From the NCBI GenBank assembly GCA_002269645.1, contig NIVC01001703.1:1-64000 (forward strand): 64,000 bases of DNA, written 5' to 3'. Below are positions 1-13,049 of this stretch, piece after piece (within the stretch, counting starts at the first letter, position 1; each line of letters starts with the position of its first letter). This DNA is from Macrostomum lignano. Lineage: Eukaryota. A program made the translations under genes and the position numbers. The notes beneath the pieces are model-generated. The model was given only the letters and a program-made list of their open reading frames with translations, had not been told where the DNA came from and did not search any database.

Positions 1-250
1 CTATTTGGAGTTGGTTTCCGGTTACAAAAAGTGAGTATACTTTTTCGTTATCTGCCGTCCCTCATCCCAGCACCCTCACTCCCTGCCCCTCCCTCATCTC
101 AGCACCTAATTAAAGATCTACAGTTTACTGTTATGTCATTTTACTTGAACATCGACACTTTAAGTTCAGCTGCCAGTTTGGACTTTTCCAAAAATTCCAA
201 CCCTCAGGCTGCTGGCAGAGAAGCGGCAGGAGCTGTACAGCTCTTCGCAG

Positions 251-3200
251 AAGCTCAAAACGGTCTCAGCCAGATTGACGAGACGCGCCGAGAAAGTCGA
301 AGTGATGTCTGAAGAGCTCGAGAAGGACAAGAAGAAGGTGGCGGAGTTCCAGCGTCAGTGCGAGGAGTTCCTTGTCATCAATTGTGCAGCAGAAAGCGCG
401 AAGCCGACGACCAGCAGAAGCAGGTGGCGCAGACCAAAGAGCGAATCTCCGTGGACGAAGCCAAGTGTCTCAACATGAAGGAGCTGGCCGAGGCCGACCT
501 TCAAGAGGCGATGCCAGCCCTGGAGGCCGCAGTGAAAGCCCTGGAGGCTCTTAACAAGAACGACATCACTGAGATCAAGTCCTACGGCAAGCCGCCCTAC
601 CTTGTCCAGAAGGTCATGGAGGCCGTCATGATTCTGCGCGGCGCCGACACGAGCTGGGAGACTGCCAACGTCACCTGGGAGAGCAGAACTTCATCGGCCA
701 GCTGGTCGACTTCAAGAAGGACAACATCTCCGACCGAGTGCTGAAGAAGATCGGGCAGTACTGCTCGCAGGACGACTTCCAGCCTGAAGTGGTTGGCAAA
801 GTGTCTTCAGCGGCCAAGAGCCTCTGCATGTGGTGCGCGCCATGGAGGTGTACGGCAGGATCTACCGGGTCGTGGAGCCGAAGCGGCAGCGACTTCAGCA
901 AGCTGAGGCGGTCCTGCAGGAGAAGCAGGCTCAGCTGCGCGAGGCCGAGGAGAAGCTTGCAGCTGTCGAGGCCAAGATGAAGGAGCTGCAGGATCAGTAC
1001 AACGGCAAGATGGAAGAGAAGGAGAACCTGCGAAGAAAAGCGGAGCACACGGAGAAAATGCTGGACCGAGCCAATCAACTGGTGGACGGTCTGGCTGGCG
1101 AGAAGGTTCGCTGGGAGCAGTCGGTGGAAACCATGGAGAAGCAGATGGAGCTGCTGCCCGGTGACTGTCTCGTTGCTTCGGCTTGCTTGTCCTACCTGGG
1201 TCCGTTCCTCAGCAACTACCGAGACGAGATGAACCTGAAGTGGATCGAGTTCGTCAAGTCGGAGGCGATCCCCTACTCGCCGGATTTTAAATTCACCGAG
1301 TTCCTGTCCAATCCGACCCTCATCCGCGACTGGAACATCTGGGGCCTGCCGTCGGACAGCTTCTCCGTTGAGAATGGCGTCATCGTGACCAGGGGCTCCC
1401 GGTGGCCGCTCATGATTGACCCGCAGGTGAGCTTGCAAGTTTTTCTAGCTTGTACAATATTAATTGAACAGTTTAAAATCGATTTCTGGAATTCAGCTCA
1501 TGCACAACTCGGATGCGAGTGCACGCGCTAGTGTAGCAATAGACTGGGAGACCAAACAATATTGATTTCAAGGCTCATAGGGGAGTTGCTGAAATACTGA
1601 GCCTCAAGGCTTATGGAAAATTGCTGAGACGTCGAGGCTCATGAAGGAATTGCTGAGACGTCAAGGCTCATGGGGGGATTTCTGAGCCTTCAAGGCTCAT
1701 GGGGAGATTTCTGAGACGTCAAGGCTCATGGGGGGGATTTCTGAGACGTCAAGCCTCATAGGGGATTGCTGAAATGCTGTGGCTCATTGGGGGTTGCTCA
1801 AATGCTTTGAGCCAATGCTCAAGAAGACGTGATAACTTAGACTTGATTGCTGGCTTTCAGAGCGAATGCAGTTTTGCTTTGAAAATATTTTACGCTAAGA
1901 AAATTAACAAGGGTGACTGTACAGAAAGAATCAAAAGCAATTTGCAAACTGATTCTGAACTATCGCTCTGCAGGGCCAGGCGCAGAAGTGGATCAAGAAC
2001 ATGGAGGGCAAGGAGCTGATCATCATTGATCTGCAGCAGGCGGACTACATCCGCAAGCTGGAAGTGGCCCTGCAGTATGGCAAACCGGTGCTGCTCCAGA
2101 ACGTAGCGGAGAAGCTGGACCCCAGCCTCGACCCGGTGCTGAACAAGTCCATTGTGAAGCTGGGCGGGGCCTGGATCATCAAGCTCGGCGACAAAGAGAT
2201 CGAGTACAACTTCGACTTCCGGTTCTACATCACGACCAAGATTCCTAATCCGCACTACGCACCGGAAATCTCCACTAAGACGGCCATCACCAACTTTGCC
2301 ATCAAGGAGGACGGTTTGGAGGCTCAACTGCTGGGCATTGTGGTCGAGAAGGAGCGCGAAGAGCTCGAGAAGGAGAAGGACAGTCTAGTGATGAAGATCG
2401 CGGCCGGAAAGAAGAAGATCAAAGAGCTCGAGGACGAAATCCTTCGACTGCTGAACGAAGCGCAGGGCTCCCTGCTGGACGACGAGCAGTTGGTGAACAC
2501 GCTGCAGACGTCCAAGTCGACCTCGGCGGAGGTCACGGAGCAGCTGGCGGTGTCTGAGAAAACCGAAGCCCAGATTGACGCGGCTCGCGAGGGCTACCGA
2601 CCGTGCGCTACGCGTGCCTCCATTTTGTTCTTCGTCATGAACGACATGGGCAAGATCGACCCGATGTACCAGTTCTCGCTGGACGCCTACATCAATCTCT
2701 TCAAGCTCAGCATCGACCGCAGTCAGCGAAATCCGCGCCTCGAGGAGCGAATCAGCAACTTGAACGATCACCACACTTACGCCGTGTACAGGTACACCTG
2801 CCGCGGCCTTTTCGAGAAGCACAAGCTGCTGTTCTCCTTCCAGATGACCGCTAAGATTTTGGAAGCCTCCGGCAAGCTGAACATGGACGAATATGACTTC
2901 TTTCTTCGCGGTGGCGTCGTGTTGGACAGGGATAACCAGATGGACAACCCGGTGCCGAACTGGCTGTCCGAAACCGGCTGGGACAATATCTCCGAGCTGG
3001 ACAAGCTGGCCAATTTTCACGGGATCATCACAAGTTTCGAGCAGTACCCTCGCGACTGGCACATCTGGTACACCTCATCTGAGCCGGAGAACGCCGCTCT
3101 GCCTGGTGAATGGGACAACGCCACCAACGAGTTCCAGCGGATGCTGATCGTCCGATCTCTGCGCGAAGACCGCGTCTCATTCTGCTCGACCAGCTTCATC

Positions 3201-6200
3201 GTCAACAATCTCGGCTCGAAATTTGTCGAGCCGCCGGTGTTGGATACCAAGCAGGTTGTGGAGGAGAGCAACTGCAAGACGCCGCTGATCTTCGTGCTGA
3301 GCCCGGGCGTGGACCCGACCAACGGCCTGATGCAGCTGGCCGAGACCTTCAAGATGGCGCGCAAGTTCCAGGCCTTGTCCCTGGGTCAGGGACAGTCCCC
3401 GACGGCTACCAAGCTGATCAAGGAGGGCGTCAGTCAAGGTCACTGGGTCTTCCTGGCCAACTGCCACCTGTCCATGTCGTGGATGCCGCAGCTGGACAAG
3501 CTGATCGAGCAACTGAACTATCACGAGGTTCACCCGGATTTCCGACTCTGGCTGAGCAGCTCACCGCACCCGAACTTCCCAATCGCAATCCTGCAGGCCG
3601 GCATCAAGATGACCACCGAGCCGCCGAAAGGACTCAAGGCCAACATGAAGCGCTTGTACCACATCATCAAAGAGGAAGACTTCTCTTCGTGCAGCAAACC
3701 AGATCGCTTCAAAAAGCTGGTGTTCTCCCTCTGCTTCTTCCACTCCATCCTCATCGAGAGGCGCAAGTTCCGCATGCTCGGTTGGAACATTCTGTACGAG
3801 TTCAACGACTCCGACTTTGAGGTGTCGCTGAAGATCCTCTCCAACTACCTGGACCAGTACGACGAGACGCCTTGGGACGCGCTGAAGTTCCTCATCGCCG
3901 AGATCAACTACGGCGGTCACGTGACAGACGACTGGGACCGGCGCCTGCTGATCACCTACATCACCAACTACTTCAACGAGGACGTCATCACGACGCCATT
4001 TTATAAGTTCTCCTCTCTGCCGCACTACTACGTGCCGCGGGACGGCTCGCTAGCCTCCTACCGCGAGTACGTCAGCATGCTGCCCAACATCGACCACCCG
4101 GAGGCTTTCGGCCAGCACCCCAACGCGGACATCAGCTCGCAGATTCAGGAGACTCGCCTGTTCTTCGGCACTCTGCTCTCGTTGGTGCCGCAGGTCACCT
4201 CTGGCGGCGCGGGCGAGTCGCGCGAAGACAAAGTGCTGGAACTGGCCAGGAACATCTACAAGCAGCTGCCGGAGAACATCGACTACGAGGCAACGGCGAA
4301 GCTGATGCAGCAGGACCCCAACCCGCTGAACGTGGTGCTGCTGCAAGAGATCGAGCGTTACAACGCCCTGCTGAACTTGATCAGGAGCAACCTCACCGAC
4401 CTGGACAAGGGCATCCAGGGTCTGGTTGTGATGAGCTCCGATCTGGAGCAGATCTTCCTGGTAAGAGTTGCAGGCAGGCACTCAGACAGACACAAACCAG
4501 ACACTAAAATAGACACTAAGACAGGCGTACAGTAGCACAGATGGACTCTAAGAAAGATACGTAGACAAATAGACAGTCAGACATTCAGAGGCAGAAATTT
4601 AGACATGCGGACATTTAGACAGGCAAATATTCAGACAGGCAGACATTCAGACAGGCGGACATTTAGACAGGCAGACATTTAGACAGGCAGACATTTAGAC
4701 AGGCGGACATTTAGACAGGCAGACATTTAGACAGGCAGACAGGCAGACAGGCAGACATTTAGACAGGCAGGCATTTAGACAGGCAGACATTTAGACAGGC
4801 AAATATTCAGACAGGCAGACATTCAGAGAGGCAGACCCTCAGACAGGCAGACATTTAGACAGGCAGACATTCAGACAGGCAGACATTCAGACAGGCAGAC
4901 ATTTAGACAGACGGGCAGTAGGACAGGCAGACAATAACAGAGGAAACAGAGGAAACAGACAATAACAGAGACTTTACAGAGGAAAAAGTCGCCCATAAAA
5001 GCCGCATGTGGCTACCGATGTCCTTGCCGCCAACCCACAGGCAATCTACGACACCCGAGTGCCATCGCTCTGGGAGCGCACCTATCCATCAATGAAGCCG
5101 CTCGCCTCGTGGACTCGGGACCTGTTGAAGCGGGTGGAGCAATTCCAGGAATGGGCCACGACAACGCACCCGCCGAAGATCTACTGGATCTCCGGGTTCA
5201 GCCTGCCGACAGGCTTCCTGACGGCTGTCCAGCAGAAGTCCGCCCGGCAGAACAACGTGAGCGTCGATTCGCTCAGCTGGGAGTTCACTGTGCAGACCAT
5301 CGACGATTCCAGCATCCCCGAGGCGGCTAGAGACGGCGTCTACGTCAAGGGGCTCTACTTGGAGGGCGCCGGCTGGGACAAGAAGCAGTGCTGCCTGATC
5401 GAGGCGAACCCCATGCAGCTGGAGTGCGAGATGCCCACCATCCTGTTCAGGCCGGTGGAGAACAAGAAGAAGACGGCTAAGAGTGAGCTTCGTGCTTGAA
5501 GCAGCATTTTGATTTTGTTGGGCGATTCGATCGCCTCGGTAGTGGCGCCATTCGAGTACCAGAATTGGCGCCAAATTTAGGTCTCCTAAGAAATGGCGCC
5601 AAGCTGGGGTCTTTTTAGAAACGGCGCAAAGTTGGGGTCTCAGAAATGGTGCCAAATAGTTTTTAGTCTCCTCAGAAATGGCGCCAAGTTGGGGTCTCAG
5701 AAATGGCGCCAAGTTGTTTGGGGTCTCCTCAGAAATGGCGCCAAGTTGTTGGGGTCTCCTCAGAAATGGCGCCAAGCTGGGGTCTCAGAAATGGCGCCAA
5801 GCTGGGGTCTCAGAAATGGCGCCAAGCTGGGGTCTCAGAAATGGCGCCAAATAGTTTGTACTCTCCTCAGAAATGGCGCCAAGTTGGGGTCTCAGAAATG
5901 GCGCCAAGTTGTTTGGGGTCTCCTCAGAAATGGCGCCAAGTTGTTGGGGTCTCCTCAGAAATGGCGCCAAGCTGGGGTCTCAGAAATGGCACCAAATAGT
6001 TTGTAGTCTCCTCAGAAATAGCGCCAATTCTGGGTCTCAGAAATGGGGCCAAGTTTTTTGGGGTCTTCTCAGAAATGGCGCCAAGTTGTTTGGAGTCCCC
6101 TCAGAAATGGCGCCAAGTTGGGGTCTCAGAAATGGCGCCAAGTTGTTTGGGGTCTCCTCAGAAATAGCGCCAATTCTGGGTCTCAGAAATGGGGCCAAGT

Positions 6201-6549
6201 TTCCTCTAAGGTTGCCCTACCAATCAGAGTCAAGCGTTACTCATTACAAGCATCAAATTTAAAATAATTATTAGATTAATTACTGACAAGATTACAAACC
6301 GACTCGGCAGATACAGACGCAAATGTGCACATTTCTACTCTGAGTAGGTCAATAAGCAAGTAGCTTATATACTCGCAAACGCCTCCACCCGCAGACGTGT
6401 ACATCGCGCCGTGCTACTACTTCCCTAACCGAGCCGGAGTCAGCGGCCGGGCCTCCTACGTGGTGGCGGTGGATTTGAAGAGCGGCGAGAAGCAGCCGGA
6501 TCACTGGGTGAAGCGAGGCACCGCGCTGCTGATGAGCCTCAGCTTCTGA
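251..6549 (+). CDS. DNAH2: Axonemal dynein heavy chain, DNAH2-like; 3' part only (stalk, AAA5, AAA6, C-terminal domain). Exons 251-1426, 1974-4460, 5041-5482, 6395-6549
   Basis: Recognisable motifs: LNKNDITEIKSY, WNIWGLPSDSFSVENG, RWPLMIDPQ|GQAQKWIKNME, LSPGVDP, SLGQGQ, WVFLANCHL, FRLWLSS, YGGHVTDDWDRR, GLYLEGAGWD, DHWVKRGTALLM. GT-AG borders join in frame. About 4 single-base indels lie within the first ~850 bp. Paralogue assignment is from recalled similarity to vertebrate DNAH2. Confidence 0.92.
1575..1815. repeat. Degenerate ~28-29-bp minisatellite (ctgagacgtcaaggctcatgggggattt) in a dynein intron
   Basis: About 8 diverged tandem units visible. Confidence 0.75.
4590..4935. repeat. 16-bp minisatellite (agacaggcagacattt) in a dynein intron
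   Basis: Tandem units read directly. Confidence 0.9.
5550..6200. repeat. 25-bp minisatellite (cagaaatggcgccaagctggggtct) with longer variants, in the last dynein intron
   Basis: Tandem units read directly. Confidence 0.92.
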
Positions 6550-7271
6550 TAATTATGCTTAATAATTGTTCATTAATTTTAACTAAAATATCAACTATTT
6601 CAATGAAATTAAATACTATGACAAGCATTAGTCAAGGCTGTTTACGAAAATATAATTTTCAAGGAAATGAAAACTAAAACAATAAATCCTATAAACAAAT
6701 ATTAGCAAATATTAACAAAAATAAAAAACACCGGAAATTACAATGAACGACAATGAAACTAGTTTAAACTTTTGTACAGACAACCATAAAAAGTTAGTGC
6801 AAAAATTGACAAGAAATATTTAAAAAAACTGATTTGACATATACAGCCTTGCTTTCTGCGGCAGTTATAAGTTTAAGTGCCTTCATTTGTTTAAATGATT
6901 ATTTAAACAATGATAGAAAGACATTCCAAAGACTTTTTTAGTTGCGAAATAAAATTTAACGAAATATTTTACTTTTTACCTGCCTGTTATTTGTAAACGT
7001 GTAAATTGTATTTTGTCACAAAAAAATAAACGATTTACGGTATTAATTTCGAGAGCATCAGTTTGCTCAAAAACGTTCTGAAGATTTTTTCTATAGCTAA
7101 GTATTGCATATACAATCACGCTCCACTTTAAAATGGAGTAATTTCAATTTTTTTACGCGGGGCAGATGCGTGTTTCTCGGTGTGACTCTGTTTATTACAA
7201 AAAAACTTAAGACACTTACACGGACAATAGATTGATCAATACACGTGCCGTACATTTATTTGAAAAAAATG

Positions 7272-10200
7272 TCACTGGTTCTCCTTCACTCCGTACCAGA
7301 AGAACAGGTTGGACAGCTCGCGCCTGTTGAAATCGCACTTGTGGTGCCGCTGGCTCATGTCCTGCTGCACCAGCCTGCGGCGCTTCTCAGCTTCGCGGAA
7401 GGCCTGCAATTTGGATGGAGTTTGTTCGGGTAGATATGGGATTTGAGAATGGAAACTGAGATTCGCGTCATCCAATGTGTCAGCCCCGCGTCAGCGCCTA
7501 GCAGGCACACACTAACACAAGAGTGTACAGCGGCACTAACATTATTTATCGTTAGGATGTACACTTCACTGTGCCTTGGGGTTGACTTAATTGCACGAAC
7601 AGACCCAAGCCACGAGACATCATTAATTTGACTACAATTGGAATCGAGCTTGGGCCGCTGGCACATCAGAGCGCCGCTCCAGTTCACTAATAGGCAACGG
7701 CCTCCCCCATACCTACCTACCTACCTACCTACCTACCTACCTACCTACCTACCTACCTACCTACCTACCTATCTACCTACCTACCTACCTACCTACCTAT
7801 ACCTACCTACCTACCTACCTACCTACCTACCTATACCTACCTACCTACCTACCTACCTATACCTACCTACCTACCTACCTACCTACCTACCTATACCTAC
7901 CTACCTACCTACCTACCTATACCTACCTACCTACCTACCTACCTACCTACCTATACCTACCTACCTACCTACCTACCTACCTACCTATACCTACCTACCT
8001 ACCTACCTACCTACCTATACCTACCTACCTACCTATACCTACCTACCTACCTACCTACCTATCTACCTACCTACCTACCTACCTACCTACCTACCTACCT
8101 ACCTACCTACCTACCTACCTACCTACCTACCTACCTACCTACCTACCTACCTACCTACCTACGAAACTATGCTGATCTGCCTATCTGTTTACAGGTACCT
8201 ACCTATTTATCTAACTCATTTATTTTTCTAGCCGCCTACCCTAAGACTGACAAACAATAAATGCGCTTGACCCAAGCAATTATCGAAAATTCCTGGAACC
8301 CTTGGGTTTGATTCATGCGACACGCCTGCATGACTGGGTTCTTGTGGCATTCCCGCATTCAAATGAAAGCCGTATCTCAGAAACTGCAGACCTCAAAGTC
8401 CCACAGTGAAGAGGCGAACACGGCCTGGGTTCGCATCGCGGAGCACAGCAGCGCCGACCGATGGTAGACATGAAACTGGAGGAACGGCAGGAACCTCGCC
8501 GACTGCACCTGGATGAACACGTAGCCAACGTAAATTGGCATGCTCAGATAGGCGATTAGCGTGAATGACGTCACCACCAGGCTGATCATCTCGCACTGGA
8601 TTGGCTTCTGCATCTCTAGCAGGCAAGTGATGCTGGCCACCACCGATATGCGATTGGGGCAGCGCAGCTGCTCAACCCGAACCTGCGATCGCGAAGGTTG
8701 AAATGGTAAAGTGGCCCAGCAACTGAGGATCTGGGAGACTGGCATGGCAACTGAGAATGTGGGAGTCTGGCACGGCAACTGAGGATTGGGATGGAAGGCT
8801 GGCCCAGCAACTGAGATCTGGGAGGCTGGCCCAACAACTGGGGATTGGGAGGCTGGCACAGCAACTGAGGATCTGGGAGGCTAGCCATACAACTGATGAG
8901 GATTTGGGAGGCTGGCCCAACAACTGAGGATCTAGGAGGCTGGCTCAGGAATTGATGAGGATCTGGGAGGCTGGCTCAGCAATTGAGGATCTGAGAGGCT
9001 GGCCCAGCAACTAAGCATTGGAAGGCTGGCCCAGCAACTGGGGATCTGGGAGGCTGGCCCAGCAACTGAGTATCTGAAAGGCTGGCCCAGCAACTGGGGA
9101 TCTGGGATGCTGGCCCAGCAACTGAGGATCTGGGAGGCTGGCCCATCAACTGAGGATCTGGGAGGTTGGTGGCCCAGCAACTGGGGATCTGGGAGGCTGG
9201 CTCAGCAACTGAGGATCTGGGAGGCTGGCCCAGCAACTGAGGATTAGGAGTCTGGCCCAGCAACTCCGTATAGTTACACAAGCGTCAATAAACACCTTTC
9301 CGGTAGACGTTCTCAATACTAGCGGCTTCTTAGCGTTCACTGATCTGCGTGACCGTCGCAGAAGCACCGGTCTCAACCGGTTTGGTTTATCGGGAGCTGC
9401 TGGACTATCGGAGGCATTACTTATATGCGGATAGTAACAGATGGGGCAGGAGGCTGCGTTCCAAGTAGACTGCCAGCAATCCCCTACGTCTTTCTCAGTG
9501 CCAACGTCGGTATGATCAAAGCGACTGTCGGCATGATCAAAGCGACTGTCGGAATGATCAAAGCGACTGTCGGAAGAATCAAAGCGACTGTCGGAAGGAT
9601 CAAAGCGACTGTCGGAATGATCAAAGCGACTGTCGGAATGATCAAAGCGACTGTCGGTATGATCAAAGCGACTGTCGGAATGATCAAAGCGACTGTCGGC
9701 ATGATCAAAGCGACTGTCGGAATGATCAAAGCGACTGTCGGTATGATCAAAGCGACTGTCGGAAGAATCAAAGCGACTGTCGGAAGGATCAAAGCGACTG
9801 TCGGAATGATCAAAGCGACTGTCGGAAGGATCAAAGCGACTGTCGGAATGATCAAAGCGACTGTCGGCATGATCAAAGCGACTGTCGGTATGATCAAAGC
9901 GACTGTCGGAAGGATCAAAGCGACTGTCGGAATGATCAAAGCGACTGTCGGCATGATCAAAGCGACTGTCGGTATGATCAAAGCGACTGTTGGAATGATC
10001 AAAGCGACTGTTGGAATGATCAAAGCGACTGTCGGAATGATCAAAGTGACTGTCGGAATGATCAAAGCGACTGTCGGCATCATCAAAGCGAAATCGGAGG
10101 TGACGGTGACGGTTGCGACGTTGCAAGAGGCGACGGCGGCAGCGCCTGCAAAGTCCGAGCCGATCCCGAGCTGTACCTGGAGGGCACCGGTCATCATAAA

Positions 10201-12173
10201 TCAGCTGCAAGGAGTGCAGATTCATCAACTGATTAGCAGCATTTATCGCAGCTTTTGAGCTGTGTCGCACAACCAGACAGGTCAGCGAAAGATCTTGATA
10301 GATATTTCCGCAGTGGTTGAGCAGCCGCGGTCGCAGATGCACCAGTAGGCGGTCTCCAATTCTGCGAATTGTTGATGAAAATACAAGACCCCCTCTGTAG
10401 CTGGCACCCCCCTCTGTAGCTGGCACCCCCTCTGTAGCTGGCACCCCCCTCTGTAGCTGGCACCCCCTCTGTAGCTGGCACCCCCTTCTGTAGCTGGCAC
10501 CCCCTCTGTAGCTGGCACCCCCTCTGTAGCTGGCACCCCCCTCTGTAGCTGGCACCCCCTTCTGTAGCTGGCACCCCCTCTGTAGCTGGCACCCCCCTCT
10601 GTAGCTGGCACCCCCCTCTGTAGCTGGCACCCCCCTCTGTAGCTGGCACCCCCTCTGTAGCTGGCACCCCCTCTGTAGCTGGCACCCCCTCTGTAGCTGG
10701 CACCCCCTCTGTAGCTGGCACCCCCTCTGTAGCTGGCACCCCCCCTCTGTAGCTGGCACCCCCTCTGTAGCTGGCACCCCCTCTGTAGCTGGCACCCCCT
10801 CTGTAGCTGGCACCCCCTCTGTAGCTGGCACCCCCTCTGTAGCTGGCACCCCCTCTGTAGCTGGCACCCCCTCTGTAGCTGGCACCCCCTTCTGTAGCTG
10901 GCACCCCCTCTGTAGCTGGCACCCCCTCTGTAGCTGGCACCCCCTTCTGTAGCTGGCACCCCCTCTGTAGCTGGCACCCCCTCTGTAGCTGGCACCCCCT
11001 CTGTAGCTGGCACCCCCTCTGTAGCTGGCACCCCCCTCTGTAGCTGGCGCCCCCCTCTGTAGCTGGCGCCCCCTCTGTAGCTGGCGCCCCCCTCTGTAGC
11101 TGGAACGCCCCTCTGTAGCTGGCGCCCCCTCTGTAGCTGGCACCCCCTCTGTAGCTGGCACCCCCTCTGTAGCTGGCACCCCCTCTGTAGCTGGCACCCC
11201 CTCTGTAGCTGGCACCCCCTCTGTAGCTGGAACGCCCCTCTGTAGCTGGCGCCCCCCTCTGTAGCTGGCACCCCCCTCTGTAGCTGGCACCCCCTCTGTA
11301 GCTGGCACCCCCTCTGTAGCTGGCACCCCCTCTGTAGCTGGCACCCCCCTCTGTAGCTGGCACCCCCTCTGTAGCTGGCACCCCCTCTGTAGCTGGCGCC
11401 CCCTCGGTAGCTGTAGAATAACCTGTAATAACTAATTGCCTCACCTGTAATAACTAATCGCCTCACCTGTAATAACTAATCGCATCACCTGTAATAACTA
11501 ATTGCCTCACCTGTAATAACTAATCGCCTCACCTGTAATAACTAATCGCCTCACCTGTAATAACTAATCGCCTCACCTGTAATAACTAATTGCCTCACCT
11601 GTAATAACTAATCGCCTCACCTGTAATAACTAATTGCCTCACCTGTAATAACTAATTGCCTCACCTGTAATAACTAATTGCCTCACCTGTAATAACTAAT
11701 TGCCTCACCTGTAATAACTAATCGCCTCACCTGTAATAACTAATTGCCTCACCTGTAATAACTAATCGCCTCACCTGTAATAACTATTTGCCTCACCTGT
11801 AATAACTAATTGCCTCACCTGTAATAACTAATTGCCTCACCTGTAATAACTAATTGCCTCACCTGTAGTAAGCGGCACAGCCGTTAAACAATCGGCCAGC
11901 CCAGTATTTCAGCCTCTTTCTTCGCCTGCGACCGCCATCAAACCAGACCACATTGTCTGTCGAGTTTCCGCAAGCCGGCAGAGCCAGCCACGAGTCTGTC
12001 TGAAGGCCCGGCCAGTGCCAGTGGCGCACCGTGGTGACACTTCGGCTTGGCAATGACCGGCAATCGTGAATGATTGTAAATAGAAACAGAAATGAGTAGA
12101 TTAGCAATCCTGAATTATAACAATAAATACGCATTAATGAAATTTTCAACTTCTTTGCGTCGTCAGAGTATAA
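7272..12173 (-). CDS. Uncharacterised predicted membrane protein (copy-1 model). Exons A1 12173-11863, B1 10361-9296, C 8682-8392, D 7403-7272 (stop). 5' end unresolved
   Basis: All borders are GT-AG and the phases match (A out 2 / B in 2; B out 0 / C in 0; C out 0 / D in 0). There are no internal stops, and AATAAA lies at 7260-7255 after the stop. Four of 5 substitutions between exon-B copies are synonymous in this frame. Hydrophobic segments GLLIYSFLFLFTII and ISLVVTSFTLIAYLSMPIYVGYVFIQV. Confidence 0.7.
7500..7708 (-). mobile_element. Dispersed repeat, probable degenerate tRNA-derived SINE (family 2, copy alpha)
   Basis: Homologous to 51465-51695 and 44088-44208. The minus strand starts with a G-run and has a B-box-like agctcgattcc. 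Confidence 0.55.
7708..8163. repeat. (TACC)n microsatellite with TATACC interruptions
   Basis: Read directly. Confidence 0.97.
8710..9270. repeat. 28-bp minisatellite (ggcccagcaactgaggatctgggaggct); further copies at 12405-13020 and 15436-16055
   Basis: Tandem units read directly; lies in the intron between exons B and C. Confidence 0.92.
9508..10085. repeat. 21-bp VNTR (gatcaaagcgactgtcggaat): 27 units here, 14 units at ~13262-13565 and ~16295-16600; probably coding (DSRFDHS)n on the minus strand
   Basis: Units counted from the translation. The exon B length difference is 273 bp = 13 x 21. Confidence 0.9.
10388..11415. repeat. 19-20-bp minisatellite (ctctgtagctggcaccccc); copies at 13870-14440 and 16905-17295
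   Basis: Read directly; intronic between exons A and B. Confidence 0.95.
11420..11862. repeat. 22-bp minisatellite (cacctgtaataactaattgcct), ~20 units; copies at 14450-14893 and 17305-17592
   Basis: Read directly; begins exactly at the exon A donor. Confidence 0.95.
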
Positions 12174-13049
12174 CTACAAAAGACATCAACGACTTGTTTA
12201 TCAGTATTTAATTTTACCGGCCGATATGAAATCAGCAATGTAAGTGCTTGATTTCGGGCCATAGACAGTGCGGATTCCCGGTTATTCATGAAAACAAAGT
12301 TTTTTATCTAAAAATATGGTTCTATTCATATTTTGTTCGAGCGAGCCTATGAGGTTAACTAGTGTGAAATGGATAAGCTATAGTGTGAAAGGATAAGCTA
12401 ATGTGGATTGGGAGGCTGGCTCAGCAACTGAGGATCTGGGAGGCTGGCCTAGCAACTGAGGATCTGAGAGGCTGGCCTAGCAACTGATGGGGATCTGGGA
12501 GACTGGCCCAGAAACTGAGGATCTGTGAGTCTGGCTCAGCAACTGAGGATCTGGGAGGCTGGCCCAGCAACTGAGGATTGGGAGGCTGGCTCAGCAACTG
12601 AGGATCTGGGAGACTGGCTCAGCAACTGAGGATCTGGGAGGCTGGCCCAGCAACTGAGGATCTGGGAGGATGGCCCAGCAACTGAGGATCTGGGAAGCTG
12701 GCCCAGCAACTGAGGATCTGGGAGGCTGGCCCAGCAACTGAGGATCTGTGAGTCTGGCTCAGCAACTGAGGATCTGGGAGGCTGGCCCAGCAACTGAGGA
12801 TCTGTGAGTCTGGCTCAGCAACTGAGGATCTGGGAGGCTGGCCCAGCAACTGAGGATCTGGGAGGCTGGCCCAGCAACTGAGGATCTGGGAGGCTCGCCC
12901 AGCAACTGGGGATCTGGGAGGCTGGCCCAGCAACTGGGGATCTGGGAGGCTGGCCCAGCAACTGAGGATCTGGGATGCTGGCACAGCAACTGAGGATCTG
13001 GGAGGCTGGCCCAGCAACTCCGTATAGTTACACAAGCGTCAATAAACAC

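Noticed and set aside
251-850. Dynein gene as a pseudogene or programmed frameshifting
   Set aside because: About four single-base indels cluster at the window start (several in short runs) while the following ~4 kb of CDS is intact and conserved. This is most simply sequencing or assembly error.
7638-8231. 197-aa LPTY-repeat ORF resembling an extensin
   Set aside because: It is a translation of a (TACC)n microsatellite.
9425-10258. Plus-strand ORF with MIKATVG repeats (also 13179-13739 and 16212-16772) and minus-strand PTVALII ORFs
   Set aside because: These are alternative frames of the 21-bp repeat without supporting splice structure. Substitutions between copies are mostly non-synonymous in them.
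10130-10260. Assignment of the orphan protein to the ZPBP/sp38 or ephrin-receptor-like Cys-repeat families based on LQLIYDDRCPPGT…C..C
   Set aside because: This is a single short motif resemblance from memory and is insufficient without a profile search.
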